Source: Alphaproteobacteria bacterium (GTDB lineage Bacteria > Pseudomonadota > Alphaproteobacteria > UBA828). Taken from it: a DNA stretch of 64,000 nucleotides. This document shows positions 1-11,705 of this stretch, piece after piece. Each line of letters starts with the position of its first letter. The first letter of the stretch is position 1. Location: assembly GCA_965221125.1 (NCBI GenBank), contig CBDCRW010000003.1, positions 462,682 to 526,681 of the forward strand. The letters run 5' to 3'. The translations under genes and the position numbers were made by a program. The notes beneath the pieces were generated by a model. That model searched no databases, had not been told where the DNA came from, and saw nothing but the letters and a program-made list of their open reading frames with translations.

Positions 1-707
1 CGCTCGCGGGCGACCGCGCCTTCGGCGAGGACCGCGCCGTCATCGGCGGGCTCGGGCGCCTGCGCGGCCACACCACCATGGTGATCGGCCAGGAGAAGGG
101 CGCCGATACCGAGGGCCGGGTCGCGCACAACTTCGGCATGGCCAACCCGGAGGGCTACCGCAAGGCGGAGCGGCTGCTGAGGCTGGCGGAGCGCTTCCAG
201 GTGCCGGTGCTGACGCTGATCGACACGCCGGGCGCCCATCCCGGCGTCGGCGCCGAGGAGCGCGGGCAGGCCGAGGCCATCGCGCGCTGCATCGAGGCCT
301 GCCTCGACGTGCGGGTGCCGATGGTCGCGCTGGTCATCGGCGAGGGCGGCTCGGGCGGGGCGATCGCGCTCGGCGTCGCCAACCGGGTGCTGATGATGGA
401 GCACGCGGTCTACTCGGTGATCTCGCCCGAGGGCTGCGCGTCGATCCTCTGGCGCGACGCGGCCCACGCGGAAGTGGCGGCGGAGGCGCTCCGGCTCACG
501 TCGGAGGACCTGCTGGAGCTCGGCGTGATCGATACCATCGTGCCCGAGCCCGTGGGCGGCGCGCACCGCGATGCGGTGAGCGCGATCGACGAAGCCGGCG
601 CAGCGCTGGAGGAGGCCTTCACGGCGCTGCGCGGCCTCGACGGCGCGGCGCTCCGCAGCCAGCGCCGGAAGAAGTACCTGGCGCTCGGCAGCATCGCCGA
701 GGATTAG
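1..707 (+). CDS. accA: acetyl-CoA carboxylase carboxyltransferase subunit alpha (5' end outside window)
   Basis: The frame of ORF 78..707 is open back to base 3 ([33 protein letters not shown]). AccA core blocks [23 protein letters not shown] and [13 protein letters not shown] are present. Confidence 0.9.
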   Translation, partial: LAGDRAFGEDRAVIGGLGRLRGHTTMVIGQEKGADTEGRVAHNFGMANPEGYRKAERLLRLAERFQVPVLTLIDTPGAHPGVGAEERGQAEAIARCIEACLDVRVPMVALVIGEGGSGGAIALGVANRVLMMEHAVYSVISPEGCASILWRDAAHAEVAAEALRLTSEDLLELGVIDTIVPEPVGGAHRDAVSAIDEAGAALEEAFTALRGLDGAALRSQRRKKYLALGSIAED

Positions 708-848
708 CGCGCGTCCGACTTTACGGACGCGCGACAGGCCGCGACAGCGGCCCGCCGCGTATGCGGCGCGCCCGCGCAGGCGTTGGCCGCAGGCCAACTG
801 CCGTGAGCGAAAATGCGTGGAGCGCGTCCGACTCTGACGGACGCGCTC
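708..848 (+). repeat. family-A mosaic palindromic repeat, copy 1 (REP/RIME/MITE-like)
   Basis: Hairpin CGCGCGTCCG-ACTTTA-CGGACGCGCG (708-733). The 59-nt run 724-782 is identical to 63158-63216. Small hairpin TTGGCC-GCA-GGCCAA (783-797). Terminal hairpin GAGCGCGTCCG-ACTCTGA-CGGACGCGCTC (820-848). Confidence 0.85.
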
Positions 849-1621
849 TAGCGCGAGACCTGGGCCAGCCGCAGGTTGCGGATGCGGCGATTCGCGATCT
901 CGGCGCGCACGCGCGGGATCAGCACCGTCAGATAGTAGGCCATGAAGCCCGCCGCCATGAGCAGCAGGGGTGCGACCATGGAGCTGTCGATGGAGGGCGA
1001 GTCGATCTTCGAGATCGTCGCCGGCTGGTGCAGCGTGTTCCACCAGTCGACCGAGAACTTGACGATGGGCACGTTGACCACGCCCACCAGCGCCAGGATC
1101 GCGGCGACGCGCGCACCCTTGGCCGGGTCGTCGAAGGCGGCGTGCAGCGCGATGTAGCCGAGGTAGAGGAAGAGCAGCACCAGCATCGAGGTGAGCCGCG
1201 CGTCCCACACCCACCAGGTGCCCCACATCGGCTGGCCCCAGAGCGAGCCGCTCAGGAGCGTGATGAGGGTGAAGGCGGCGCCGACCGGGGCACTGGATTT
1301 CGCCACCAGGTCCGCCAGCGGATGACGCCAGACCAGGCCGGCGACGCTGCAGAGCGCGATGACGACGTAGACGAAGAGCGACATCCACGCCGCCGGCACG
1401 TGGACGAAGATGATGCGGTAGGCGTCGCCCTGCTGGTAGTCGGGCGGCGCCACGTAGAGGCCGAGCACCAGGCCGGCGGCGATCAGCGCTGCGGTCGCGG
1501 CCGCCGCCCAGGGATAGACCGCGCGGGCAACGCGGAGGAAGCGGGCCGGATTGGCGAAGAAGTGGATGCTGGCCCATCCGGTCCTCCCCCGCCGCGCCGC
1601 CGCTCTCGCCCGTGTCGCCAT
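848..1621 (-). CDS. ccmC: heme exporter protein CcmC (cytochrome c maturation)
   Basis: 257-aa multi-TM ORF with the Trp-rich heme-handling motif (GQPMWGTWWVWDARLTS). It lies directly downstream of ccmB. Confidence 0.9.
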   Translation of the reverse strand: MATRARAAARRGRTGWASIHFFANPARFLRVARAVYPWAAAATAALIAAGLVLGLYVAPPDYQQGDAYRIIFVHVPAAWMSLFVYVVIALCSVAGLVWRHPLADLVAKSSAPVGAAFTLITLLSGSLWGQPMWGTWWVWDARLTSMLVLLFLYLGYIALHAAFDDPAKGARVAAILALVGVVNVPIVKFSVDWWNTLHQPATISKIDSPSIDSSMVAPLLLMAAGFMAYYLTVLIPRVRAEIANRRIRNLRLAQVSR

Positions 1622-1634
1622 CGTCGCCTTCGAC

Positions 1635-2303
1635 CTATTCCACCGTCATGCGGAGCGCTGCCGCCGCAGCCACCGGGCCCAGCACCAGCGCGCCCACCAG
1701 CCCGCCCGCCAGGATCGAGAGGTTCGCGCGCACGCCGATGTCGAGCACGGCCCCTTCGACCGCGCCAACCCCGAATATGAGAACGGGAACATAGAGCGGC
1801 AAGACCAGAAGCGCGATCAGCGCGCCGCCGCGCCGCAGGCTCACGGTGAGCGCCGCGCCCACCGCGCCGATCAGGCTGAGGATGGGCGTGCCCAGCAGGA
1901 GCGAGACGATCAGGATGACGAGGCCGTCCGCGCTCATGTTCAGGAGCAGTGCCAGGATCGGCGCTGCGGCGGCGAGCGGGAGCCCGGTGGTGAGCCAGTG
2001 CGCGACGGTCTTGGCCAGCACGACGAACTCCAGCGGCAGCGTGCCGAGCATCAACTGCTCGAGGCTGCCGTCCTCGTGGTCGGCGACGAAGAGGCGATCC
2101 AACGAGAGCAGCGCGGCGAGCAGCGCGGCGACCCAGACGGCGCCGGGCGCGATGCGGCTGAGCAGGCCCAGCTCCGGCCCGATGCCGAGGGGAAAGAGCG
2201 TCACCGCGATGACGAAGAAGAGCACCGCCATCAGGGAGCCGATGCCGCCCCGCACGGCGAGCGTGAGCTCGCGGCCGATGAGCCGGAGGAAGACGCCTAC
2301 CAT
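1635..2303 (-). CDS. ccmB: heme exporter permease CcmB
   Basis: 222-aa strongly hydrophobic ORF between ccmA and ccmC. Its start overlaps the ccmA stop by 7 nt. Confidence 0.85.
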   Translation of the reverse strand: MVGVFLRLIGRELTLAVRGGIGSLMAVLFFVIAVTLFPLGIGPELGLLSRIAPGAVWVAALLAALLSLDRLFVADHEDGSLEQLMLGTLPLEFVVLAKTVAHWLTTGLPLAAAAPILALLLNMSADGLVILIVSLLLGTPILSLIGAVGAALTVSLRRGGALIALLVLPLYVPVLIFGVGAVEGAVLDIGVRANLSILAGGLVGALVLGPVAAAAALRMTVE

Positions 2304-2944
2304 GCGTCCTCCTCCGGCCCGGAGTCGTCGCCGGCCGGCAGCGCGTCGGCCGTTATCGCGTGGCTGCCGAGGTCGAGACGCCGGGCGCCGTCGAGCGCGA
2401 TCTCCCCGTGCGTCGCCACGATCGCCATGCCGCCGCCGGCCCGGTGCGCGGCGATCATGGCATCGACGCGGGCGGCCGCGTCGGCGTCGAGCGTGACGGT
2501 CGGCTCGTCGAGCAGCCAGAGCGAGGCCGGCGTCGCCAGCACGCGGGCGAGCGCCAGCCGCCGCTTCTGCCCGGCCGAGAGATAGCGCCCCGGCACGTCG
2601 GCGAGGTCCGCGATGCCGAGCGCCGCGAGCGCGTCCGGCGCGGCCCGCGCGGCGCCCCTGAAGCGTGCCCAGCCGTCCAGGTTCTCCGCCACCGTAAGCG
2701 TCGGTTTCACCGCGTCGAGGTGGCCCACGTAGTGCAGGCGGCCGCGATGGGCGGCCCAGTCCTCGTCAACGGGCGCACCCTCCCACTCGAGCGTTCCGCC
2801 GGCCGACTTGAGGAAGCCGGCGAGGATGCGGAGCAGGCTCGACTTGCCCGCGCCGTTGGGCCCGACGAGCGCGAGCGCGCCGCCGCGCTCCAGGCGGAAC
2901 GAGACCCCGGAGAAGACCGAGCGCTCCCCACGGATGCAGGCCAC
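2297..2944 (-). CDS. ccmA: heme ABC exporter ATP-binding protein CcmA (start uncertain)
   Basis: Walker A GPNGAGKSSLLR, signature LSAGQKRRLALARV and Walker B LWLLDEP are present. The ORF stays open to a TTG at 3067, but the extra 41 aa are low complexity. The GTG at 2944 gives a typical length of about 215 aa. Confidence 0.8.
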   Translation of the reverse strand: MACIRGERSVFSGVSFRLERGGALALVGPNGAGKSSLLRILAGFLKSAGGTLEWEGAPVDEDWAAHRGRLHYVGHLDAVKPTLTVAENLDGWARFRGAARAAPDALAALGIADLADVPGRYLSAGQKRRLALARVLATPASLWLLDEPTVTLDADAAARVDAMIAAHRAGGGMAIVATHGEIALDGARRLDLGSHAITADALPAGDDSGPEEDAW

Positions 2945-3074
2945 GTCGTGCGCCTCTAAGCAGGCGGGGGACGACGTGAGCCGTGACGCTGGTGAGGTAT
3001 GCGGGCTAGCCGGGCCGGGAATCTTGCACCCCTCTCCGGTCGAGCCTAGAAGGTCCGGGGACGCCAAGCCTATC

Positions 3075-3113
3075 GGCCTAGCGCGCGGCCGGCAAGAATC
3101 CGCGCGCTAGGCC
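3075..3113. repeat. perfect 14-bp-stem inverted repeat in the ccmA/acnA divergent region
   Basis: GGCCTAGCGCGCGG (3075-3088), an 11-nt loop, then CCGCGCGCTAGGCC (3100-3113). Read directly from the sequence. Confidence 0.9.
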
Positions 3114-3156
3114 GCGCGAGGGCGCCAGGCGCCGAATTGAGAATGGGGGTAGTGCG

Positions 3157-5853
<2,697 letters not shown>

Positions 5854-5871
5854 ACGGCCGGCCGTAACTCT

Positions 5872-7524
5872 CTACTCGGCCGCCCGCTCGGCTGCCGGAT
5901 CGCCCAGCGTCTCGAGCGCGAGCGCGCGGAGCTTGTGCTTCTGCACCTTGCCGCTCGCGGTCATGGGGAACGCGTCCACCGCCAGCACGTGGCGCGGGAC
6001 CTTGAAGCTCGCGATGCGGCCCTTGCAGTAGGCGGCGATCGCCTCGCTCGTGACGGCAGCGCCCGGCGCGGTCACGACGAAGGCCACGGCGACCTCGGCA
6101 AGGCGGGGGTCGGGGTAGCCCACCACCGCCACCTGGTCGATGGCTTCATGGGCCATGAGGAAGGCCTCGACCTCCGCCGGCGAGACGTTCTCGCCGCCGA
6201 CCTTGAGCTGGTCCTTGAATCGGCCGACGAAGCGGATGTGGCCGTCGGCGCGGAGCAGCGCGGTATCGCCGGTGTGGAGCCACCCGTCGCCGTCGATGGC
6301 TTCCGCCGTCTCCTCGGGCTTCCTGTAGTAGCCCTGCGTGATCATGTAGCCGCGAATGAGCAGCTCGCCTTCCTCGCCGGCGGCGACCTCCCGCCCGGTC
6401 TCGGGGTCGACGACCTTGATCTCGAAGCCCGGTGCCGGGAAGCCCGAGGCGTCCGAGCGCTGCTCGGGCGTGGAGTTGCCGAAGGACATGGTGGCGAAGG
6501 TGAAGGTCTCGGTCATGCCCCAGCCGGTGAAGGTGGGCACCATCTCCGCCTGCACCCGCCGGGCGATGCGGGCGGAGCTGGTCATGCCGGACGGGAAGGT
6601 GCCGAAGCGGAGACTCGAGATGTCGCGCGGCGTGCGCGCGAGGGAGTCGAGATACTCCTTGTAGTGGGTGTCGAAGCCGTGGGTGATGGTTCCCCCCTCG
6701 GCCTCGACGAGGCGCATGCACTCGTCGGCGTCGAAGCGGTCCAGCAGCACGTGCTTGGCCCCCGCGATCACCGCGATCAGCCCGGCCTCGCTGAAGCCAT
6801 ACATGTGGAAGAGCGGCAGCGGGTTGACGATGGCGTCCTCGAAGGTGAGGCCGATGCGGTTGGCGCGCTCGCGCATGTTGCGGATCATCACGTGCGTGTG
6901 GAGCACGCCCTTGGGATGCCCGGTGGTGCCCGAGGTGTAGCCGATCATCACCGGTGCGTCGGGATCGACCGCACGCGCACGCGCGGCCAGCGCGGCGTCG
7001 CTCACCGCCTCGCCGCCGGCCAGCATCGCCTCCCAGCCGAGCGTGCCGGGCACGTCGCTCTCGCCGAGAACGACCAGCCGGCGGAGGCGCGGGAAGCCCT
7101 CAATGGAGGCCGCGCGCGGATCCTGCGCCGCCAGATCGGGCAGCACGTCCGCCAGCATGGCCGCGTAGTCGACGGGGCCGGAGCGGTCGATACTGATCCA
7201 GGTGCCGCTGTCGGACTGGCGAACCGTGTAGGCCACGTCGTCGGTGCGGTAGCGGGTGTTGAGGGGCACCAGCACGGCGCCGACCCTGGCGATGGCGAAG
7301 GTGAGGAACAGCCATTCCGGCCGGTTGTTCATCCAGAGCGCGACGTGCTCGCCCGGCTCCACGCCGAGCGCCATCAGCCCCTTGGCGACGCGGTCCACGT
7401 CGCGGTCGAATTCACGGTACGCCCACCGCGCGCCGCCGCAGACCAGCGCGTCGCGCGCGCCCCAGCGCCGGGCCGCCTCCGCCGGCAGGTCGCCGAGCCG
7501 CTCCTTCGCGTACCAGTCGGGCAT
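5872..7524 (-). CDS. AMP-dependent acyl-CoA synthetase/ligase
   Basis: Internal ATG at 7524 (MPDWYAKERLG). The AMP-binding motif GYTSGTTGHPKGV is present, with the C-terminal SGKVQKHKL. The upstream part of ORF 5872..8658 is the alternate frame of the neighbouring gene. Confidence 0.85.
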   Translation of the reverse strand: MPDWYAKERLGDLPAEAARRWGARDALVCGGARWAYREFDRDVDRVAKGLMALGVEPGEHVALWMNNRPEWLFLTFAIARVGAVLVPLNTRYRTDDVAYTVRQSDSGTWISIDRSGPVDYAAMLADVLPDLAAQDPRAASIEGFPRLRRLVVLGESDVPGTLGWEAMLAGGEAVSDAALAARARAVDPDAPVMIGYTSGTTGHPKGVLHTHVMIRNMRERANRIGLTFEDAIVNPLPLFHMYGFSEAGLIAVIAGAKHVLLDRFDADECMRLVEAEGGTITHGFDTHYKEYLDSLARTPRDISSLRFGTFPSGMTSSARIARRVQAEMVPTFTGWGMTETFTFATMSFGNSTPEQRSDASGFPAPGFEIKVVDPETGREVAAGEEGELLIRGYMITQGYYRKPEETAEAIDGDGWLHTGDTALLRADGHIRFVGRFKDQLKVGGENVSPAEVEAFLMAHEAIDQVAVVGYPDPRLAEVAVAFVVTAPGAAVTSEAIAAYCKGRIASFKVPRHVLAVDAFPMTASGKVQKHKLRALALETLGDPAAERAAE

Positions 7525-7535
7525 GGTCCTGGCCC

Positions 7536-9983
7536 TCAGCTCCGCAACTTCTCGCCCGCCGGATCGTAGAACGGCGTGAGCGAGACCGTCGCCGGCACGC
7601 GCTCGCCGGCGATATCGACCTCGTAGGCGCCCGCGTCGAGCGTCTCCCACCGGCGCGGCTCCTCGCTCTCGAGGTAGCCCATGCCGACGGGCCGCTCGAA
7701 GCCGTAGCCGAAGGCCGCGGACGTGATGCGGCCCAGCACCCTGTCGTCGAGGTAGATCGTCTCGTCGTGGAACATGAAGGGCTCGGGCGCAGCGAGCATC
7801 ACGTGGACGAGGCGCTGGGTGAGCCCGTCCGCCCGCTGGCGCTCCAGCGCCGCGCGACCGATGAAGTCGCAGTCCTTCCTGAACGAGACCGCGAAGCCGA
7901 GGCCGGCTTCCAGCGGGGTCTCGGCCTGCGTGATGTCGTGGCCCCAGTGGCGGTAGCCCTTCTCGCTCCGGAGCGAATCCATGGCGTGGATGCCGCAGAG
8001 CCTGACGCCGAGGTCCACGCCGGCCTCCATCAGCCGGTCGAAGATCGGCACGACGTACTCGGTCGCGATGTGCAGCTCCCAGCCCAGCTCGCCCACGTAG
8101 GAGACCCGCATCGCCCGTGCGTGCGCGTAGCCGATGTCGATCTCCCGGCAGGTGCCGAAGGGGAAGGCCTCGTTGGAGAGGTCGGCATCGCTGACCCGGC
8201 TCAGCAGCGTTCTGGCGTTGGGGCCCATCGCGGCGAGCACGCCGGAGCCCGATGTCACGTCGGTGAGATAGACCTGCGCGCCGTCGCTCAGGTTGCGCTC
8301 GATCCAGGTGAGGTCGCGAGTCTGGGAGGCCGCCGACGTCACAACCAGATAGCGGTCGCCCGCGAGCCGCGTGACGGTGAGGTCCGCCTCGATTCCGCCC
8401 CGCCTGTTGAGAAGCTGCGTGTAGACGACCTTGCCGGCCGGCACAGCAACGTCGTTGGCGCAGAGGCGTTGCAGCTCGCGCTCCGCGTCGGGGCCCTGGA
8501 CCAAGTACTTCGCGAAGAAGCTCATGTCGAGGATGCCGACGGCGTTTCGCACGGCGGCGTGCTCGTCCCGCACGCAGTCGAACCAGTTCTGCTTGCCCCA
8601 GGCGTAGTCGTAGGCGGGCTCCACGCCGGCGGGCGCGAACCAGTTGGCGCGCTCCCACCCGGCGGCCTCGCCGAAGCAGGCGTTGTGGGCGGCGAGGCGC
8701 ACGTGCAGCGGACTGAGGCGCACGGGGCGCGCGGTCTCCACCTGCCGATGCGGCCAGTGCATCTGGTAGAGCAGGCCGAGGCTTTCGCGGGTGCGGTCGG
8801 CCAGGTAGCGGCGGTTGTTCTGGAAGCCGGCGAAGCGCGCGATGTCGAGCTCAGCCACGTCCACCGTCGGCTGCCCCTCGACGATCCACTCCGACATCAC
8901 CTTGCCGGCGCCGGCGGCGCTGAGGATGCCCTGGCTGTTGAAGCCGGCGGCGACGAAGAAGCGCGCAAGCTCGGGCGCCTCGCCGAGCACGAACTTGTTG
9001 TCCGGCGTGAAGCTCTCGGGCCCGTTCATGAACTGGCGGATCGGCGCCTGCTCGAGCACCGGCAGCAGCTCGATCGCGTTGGTCATGGGCAGCTCGAAAT
9101 GGTCCCAGTCCTCCGCCAGCTCGACGAACTCGGCGCCTGCGGGCAGATTCTCCAGCGGCAGCGGCTTGCACACCGGCTCGAAAGAGCCGACGAGCAGACG
9201 GCCCGCATCCTCCTTCACGTAGATGTAGCCGTCGGTGTCGCGGATGATCGGCGCGTCGGGCGACAGCCCCTCGATGGGGTCGGTGACGACGTACATGTGC
9301 TCGGCGGCGTAGAGCGGCACGCTCACGCCCGCCATCAGCCCGATCTCGCGGGCCCAGACGCCGCCGCAGTTGACGACGGTCTCGCAGGCGATGGTGCCGC
9401 GCTCCGTAAGGACGCCGGAGACCGCGCCGTTGCTGCGCTCGAAGCCGGTGACCGCGGTTTCCTCGAAGATGCGGGCACCGCCCGTGCGCGCACCCTTGGC
9501 GAGCGCCATCGCGGTATCGACAGGATTGGCTTGGCCGTCGCCGGGGATGTAGATCGCGCCCTTGATCCGCGAGACGTCGATTTGCGGATAGAGCGTCTTC
9601 ACCTCGTTCAGCCCGACCTCGTGGGCTTCGACGCCGAAGCAGTCGCCGAGCGCGGCCATGCGCCTGATCTCGGTGAGTCGTGCCTCGGTGCGCGCGACGG
9701 GCAGGCTGCCCTTGCGGCGAAAGCCCGTCGCCTGGCCGGTCTCGGCCTCCAGCGACTCGTAGAGGCCGACGGCATAGCGCGCGAGCTCGGTCAGCGTCGA
9801 CGTCGCGCGGAGCTGGTTGATGAGGCCGGCGGCGTGCCACGACGTGCCGCCGGTGAGGTGCCCGCGCTCGAGCAGGACCACGTCCCGCCGCCCGAGTTTG
9901 GCCAGATGATAGGCGATGCTGCAGCCGATGATGCCGCCGCCGACGATCACCACCTCGGCCTGGGTGGGCAAGGCCGCCGTCAT
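7536..9983 (-). CDS. FAD-dependent oxidoreductase with C-terminal GcvT-like folate-binding domain (dimethylglycine/sarcosine dehydrogenase family)
   Basis: 815 aa. N-terminal dinucleotide fold VVIVGGGIIGCSIAYHL. The length and C-terminal aminomethyltransferase-like half are typical of DMGDH/SARDH-like proteins. Confidence 0.85.
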   Translation of the reverse strand: MTAALPTQAEVVIVGGGIIGCSIAYHLAKLGRRDVVLLERGHLTGGTSWHAAGLINQLRATSTLTELARYAVGLYESLEAETGQATGFRRKGSLPVARTEARLTEIRRMAALGDCFGVEAHEVGLNEVKTLYPQIDVSRIKGAIYIPGDGQANPVDTAMALAKGARTGGARIFEETAVTGFERSNGAVSGVLTERGTIACETVVNCGGVWAREIGLMAGVSVPLYAAEHMYVVTDPIEGLSPDAPIIRDTDGYIYVKEDAGRLLVGSFEPVCKPLPLENLPAGAEFVELAEDWDHFELPMTNAIELLPVLEQAPIRQFMNGPESFTPDNKFVLGEAPELARFFVAAGFNSQGILSAAGAGKVMSEWIVEGQPTVDVAELDIARFAGFQNNRRYLADRTRESLGLLYQMHWPHRQVETARPVRLSPLHVRLAAHNACFGEAAGWERANWFAPAGVEPAYDYAWGKQNWFDCVRDEHAAVRNAVGILDMSFFAKYLVQGPDAERELQRLCANDVAVPAGKVVYTQLLNRRGGIEADLTVTRLAGDRYLVVTSAASQTRDLTWIERNLSDGAQVYLTDVTSGSGVLAAMGPNARTLLSRVSDADLSNEAFPFGTCREIDIGYAHARAMRVSYVGELGWELHIATEYVVPIFDRLMEAGVDLGVRLCGIHAMDSLRSEKGYRHWGHDITQAETPLEAGLGFAVSFRKDCDFIGRAALERQRADGLTQRLVHVMLAAPEPFMFHDETIYLDDRVLGRITSAAFGYGFERPVGMGYLESEEPRRWETLDAGAYEVDIAGERVPATVSLTPFYDPAGEKLRS

Positions 9984-10205
9984 CGCTCAGTGGCCCGCAT
10001 GGGACCTCCCGCATCGTGCTTCCGCATGGCGCTTGCGGATTCCCTAGCACGGGCGCGCACGCCGGAAAACGGAGCGCGGCGGAGCGGGCGCAGCGCGAGC
10101 CCCCGCCGGGCCCGCACGGGGTTTGCATTCCCGCGGCGCTCTTCGCATAGTGCGCGCCAACCGGGGTGGACCCGGCGATCGAACACCCGAAAGGAGAGGG
10201 AGACA

Positions 10206-10691
10206 ATGGCAGTCAGCGCGGGCGACAAGGTGCCGTCGGTGAACTTCAAGATGTTGACGGCGGACGGGCTCACGGACGTATCGAGCGACGACTATTTCGG
10301 CGGCAAGAAGACTGCTCTCTTCGCCGTCCCCGGCGCGTTCACGCCGACGTGTTCGGCCAAGCACGTGCCGAGCTTCCTGGCGCAGGCCGATGCGCTCAAG
10401 GCCAAGGGCGTCGATCAGATCGCCTGCGTCTCGGTCAACGACGCGTTCGTGATGAAGGCCTGGGGCGCGGACACGGGCAGCGGCGATACCATCGACATGC
10501 TGGCGGACGGCAACGGCGAGTTCGCGCGGGCGACGGGGCTCACCCTCGACGCGCGCGGCTTCGGCCTGGGCGAGCGGACGACCCGGTTCTCCATGATCGT
10601 CGACGACGGCACGATCACCGCCCTCAACGTGGAGGAGAATCCGACCGAGATGGTCGTGAGCAGCGCGGAGCACATGCTCACCCAGCTCTGA
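10206..10691 (+). CDS. peroxiredoxin, Prx5/AhpC-TSA type
   Basis: ATG at 10206 preceded by AAAGGAGAGGGA. 161 aa with the peroxidatic Cys block PGAFTPTCS. Confidence 0.85.
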   Translation: MAVSAGDKVPSVNFKMLTADGLTDVSSDDYFGGKKTALFAVPGAFTPTCSAKHVPSFLAQADALKAKGVDQIACVSVNDAFVMKAWGADTGSGDTIDMLADGNGEFARATGLTLDARGFGLGERTTRFSMIVDDGTITALNVEENPTEMVVSSAEHMLTQL

Positions 10692-10766
10692 GCGGGATAT
10701 TCCGCGCGAGGCCCCGGAAAACGGCCCTTGCCTGACGGCCCGCGCGCACCACATTGTTGAACATCG

Positions 10767-10798
10767 GCGGCCGCAAGCGTGAGGGCGCTTGCGGCCGC
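10767..10798 (+). terminator. hairpin downstream of the Prx5-type gene (possible intrinsic terminator)
   Basis: 13-bp perfect stem GCGGCCGCAAGCG / CGCTTGCGGCCGC with loop TGAGGG. It is followed only by a weak T-containing tract (CTGTTT). Confidence 0.5.
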
Positions 10799-10872
10799 TC
10801 TACCCTGTTTCGACAAGACCGCATGCCAGTGCTGCGGCCGGCACGCGGGCGCCCACGAGGAGGCATCAGGCG

Positions 10873-11532
10873 ATGGCACTGAGGATTGGCGACGACGCAC
10901 CCAACTTCACGGCGGACACGACCGAAGGGTCGATCGACTTCCACGACTGGATCGGCGACGGCTGGGCCATTCTGTTCTCCCACCCCAAGGACTTCACGCC
11001 GGTCTGCACGACCGAGCTGGGCTACATGGCGGGGCTCAAGTCCGAATTCGAGAAGCGCAACTGCAAGGTCCTCGGGCTCAGCGTGGACGGCGTGAGCGAC
11101 CACCACGCCTGGTCGAAGGACATTGAGGAGACGCAGGGTCACGCGGTGAACTATCCGCTGATCGGCGACCCCGAGCTGAAGATCGCGACCCTCTACGAGA
11201 TGCTGCCGGCGGGCGCGGGCACGACCTCCGAAGGGCGCACGGCGGTGGACAACCTCACCGTCCGCACCGTCTTCCTCATTGGCCCTGACAAGAAGATCAA
11301 GCTCTCCCTCACCTACCCGATGAGCACCGGGCGCAACTTCGACGAGGTGCTGCGGGTGCTGGATTCGTGCCAGCTCACGGCGAAGCACAAGGTGGCGACG
11401 CCGGTGAACTGGAAGCAGGGCGAGGACGTGATCATCGTGCCGGCGGTCTCCGACGAGGAGGCCAGAAAGACCTACCCCGACGGCTGGAAGGCGCCCAAGC
11501 CCTATCTCAGGATCGTGCCGCAGCCCGAGTAG
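10873..11532 (+). CDS. 1-Cys peroxiredoxin (Prx6-like)
   Basis: ATG at 10873 (MALRIGDDAPNF). Active-site block FSHPKDFTPVCTTE. 219 aa. Confidence 0.9.
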   Translation: MALRIGDDAPNFTADTTEGSIDFHDWIGDGWAILFSHPKDFTPVCTTELGYMAGLKSEFEKRNCKVLGLSVDGVSDHHAWSKDIEETQGHAVNYPLIGDPELKIATLYEMLPAGAGTTSEGRTAVDNLTVRTVFLIGPDKKIKLSLTYPMSTGRNFDEVLRVLDSCQLTAKHKVATPVNWKQGEDVIIVPAVSDEEARKTYPDGWKAPKPYLRIVPQPE

Positions 11533-11540
11533 CGGCGCGC

Positions 11541-11690
11541 GGCCCCGCCCCCCCCCTCCTCTCCCCGGCCCCTCCGCCTTCCCGGGCCGCAGGCCCGGAC
11601 GGCGCGACCGCGCCGCGCGCGAAGCGCGTAGCCAAGCGAGCGGAGCGAGCGCCCGGCGCCTGAGGGATAAGAAAGAGTCGGGAGCAGGGA
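11541..11690. repeat. family-B GC-rich structured repeat, copy 1
   Basis: The core at 11581-11660 (CCCGGGCCGCAGGCCCGGACGGCGCGACCGCGCCGCGCGCGAAGCGCGTAGCCAAGCGAGCGGAGCGAGCGCCCGG) aligns with 58024-58100, differing by a handful of substitutions. It sits in a convergent intergenic gap. Confidence 0.7.
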
Positions 11691-11705
11691 ACGCTTGAGC
11701 TGGGG

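Noticed and set aside
5872-8658. 928-aa minus-strand ORF suggesting a giant fusion protein
   Set aside because: The N-terminal 378 aa are an alternate frame of the DMGDH-like gene (Arg/Gly/Pro-rich). The acyl-CoA ligase begins at the internal ATG 7524 (MPDWYAKERLG).
7767-10691. 974-aa plus-strand ORF
   Set aside because: Only the last 161 codons (from the ATG at 10206, with a good RBS) encode a recognisable protein, the Prx5-type peroxiredoxin. The rest is antisense to the DMGDH-like gene.
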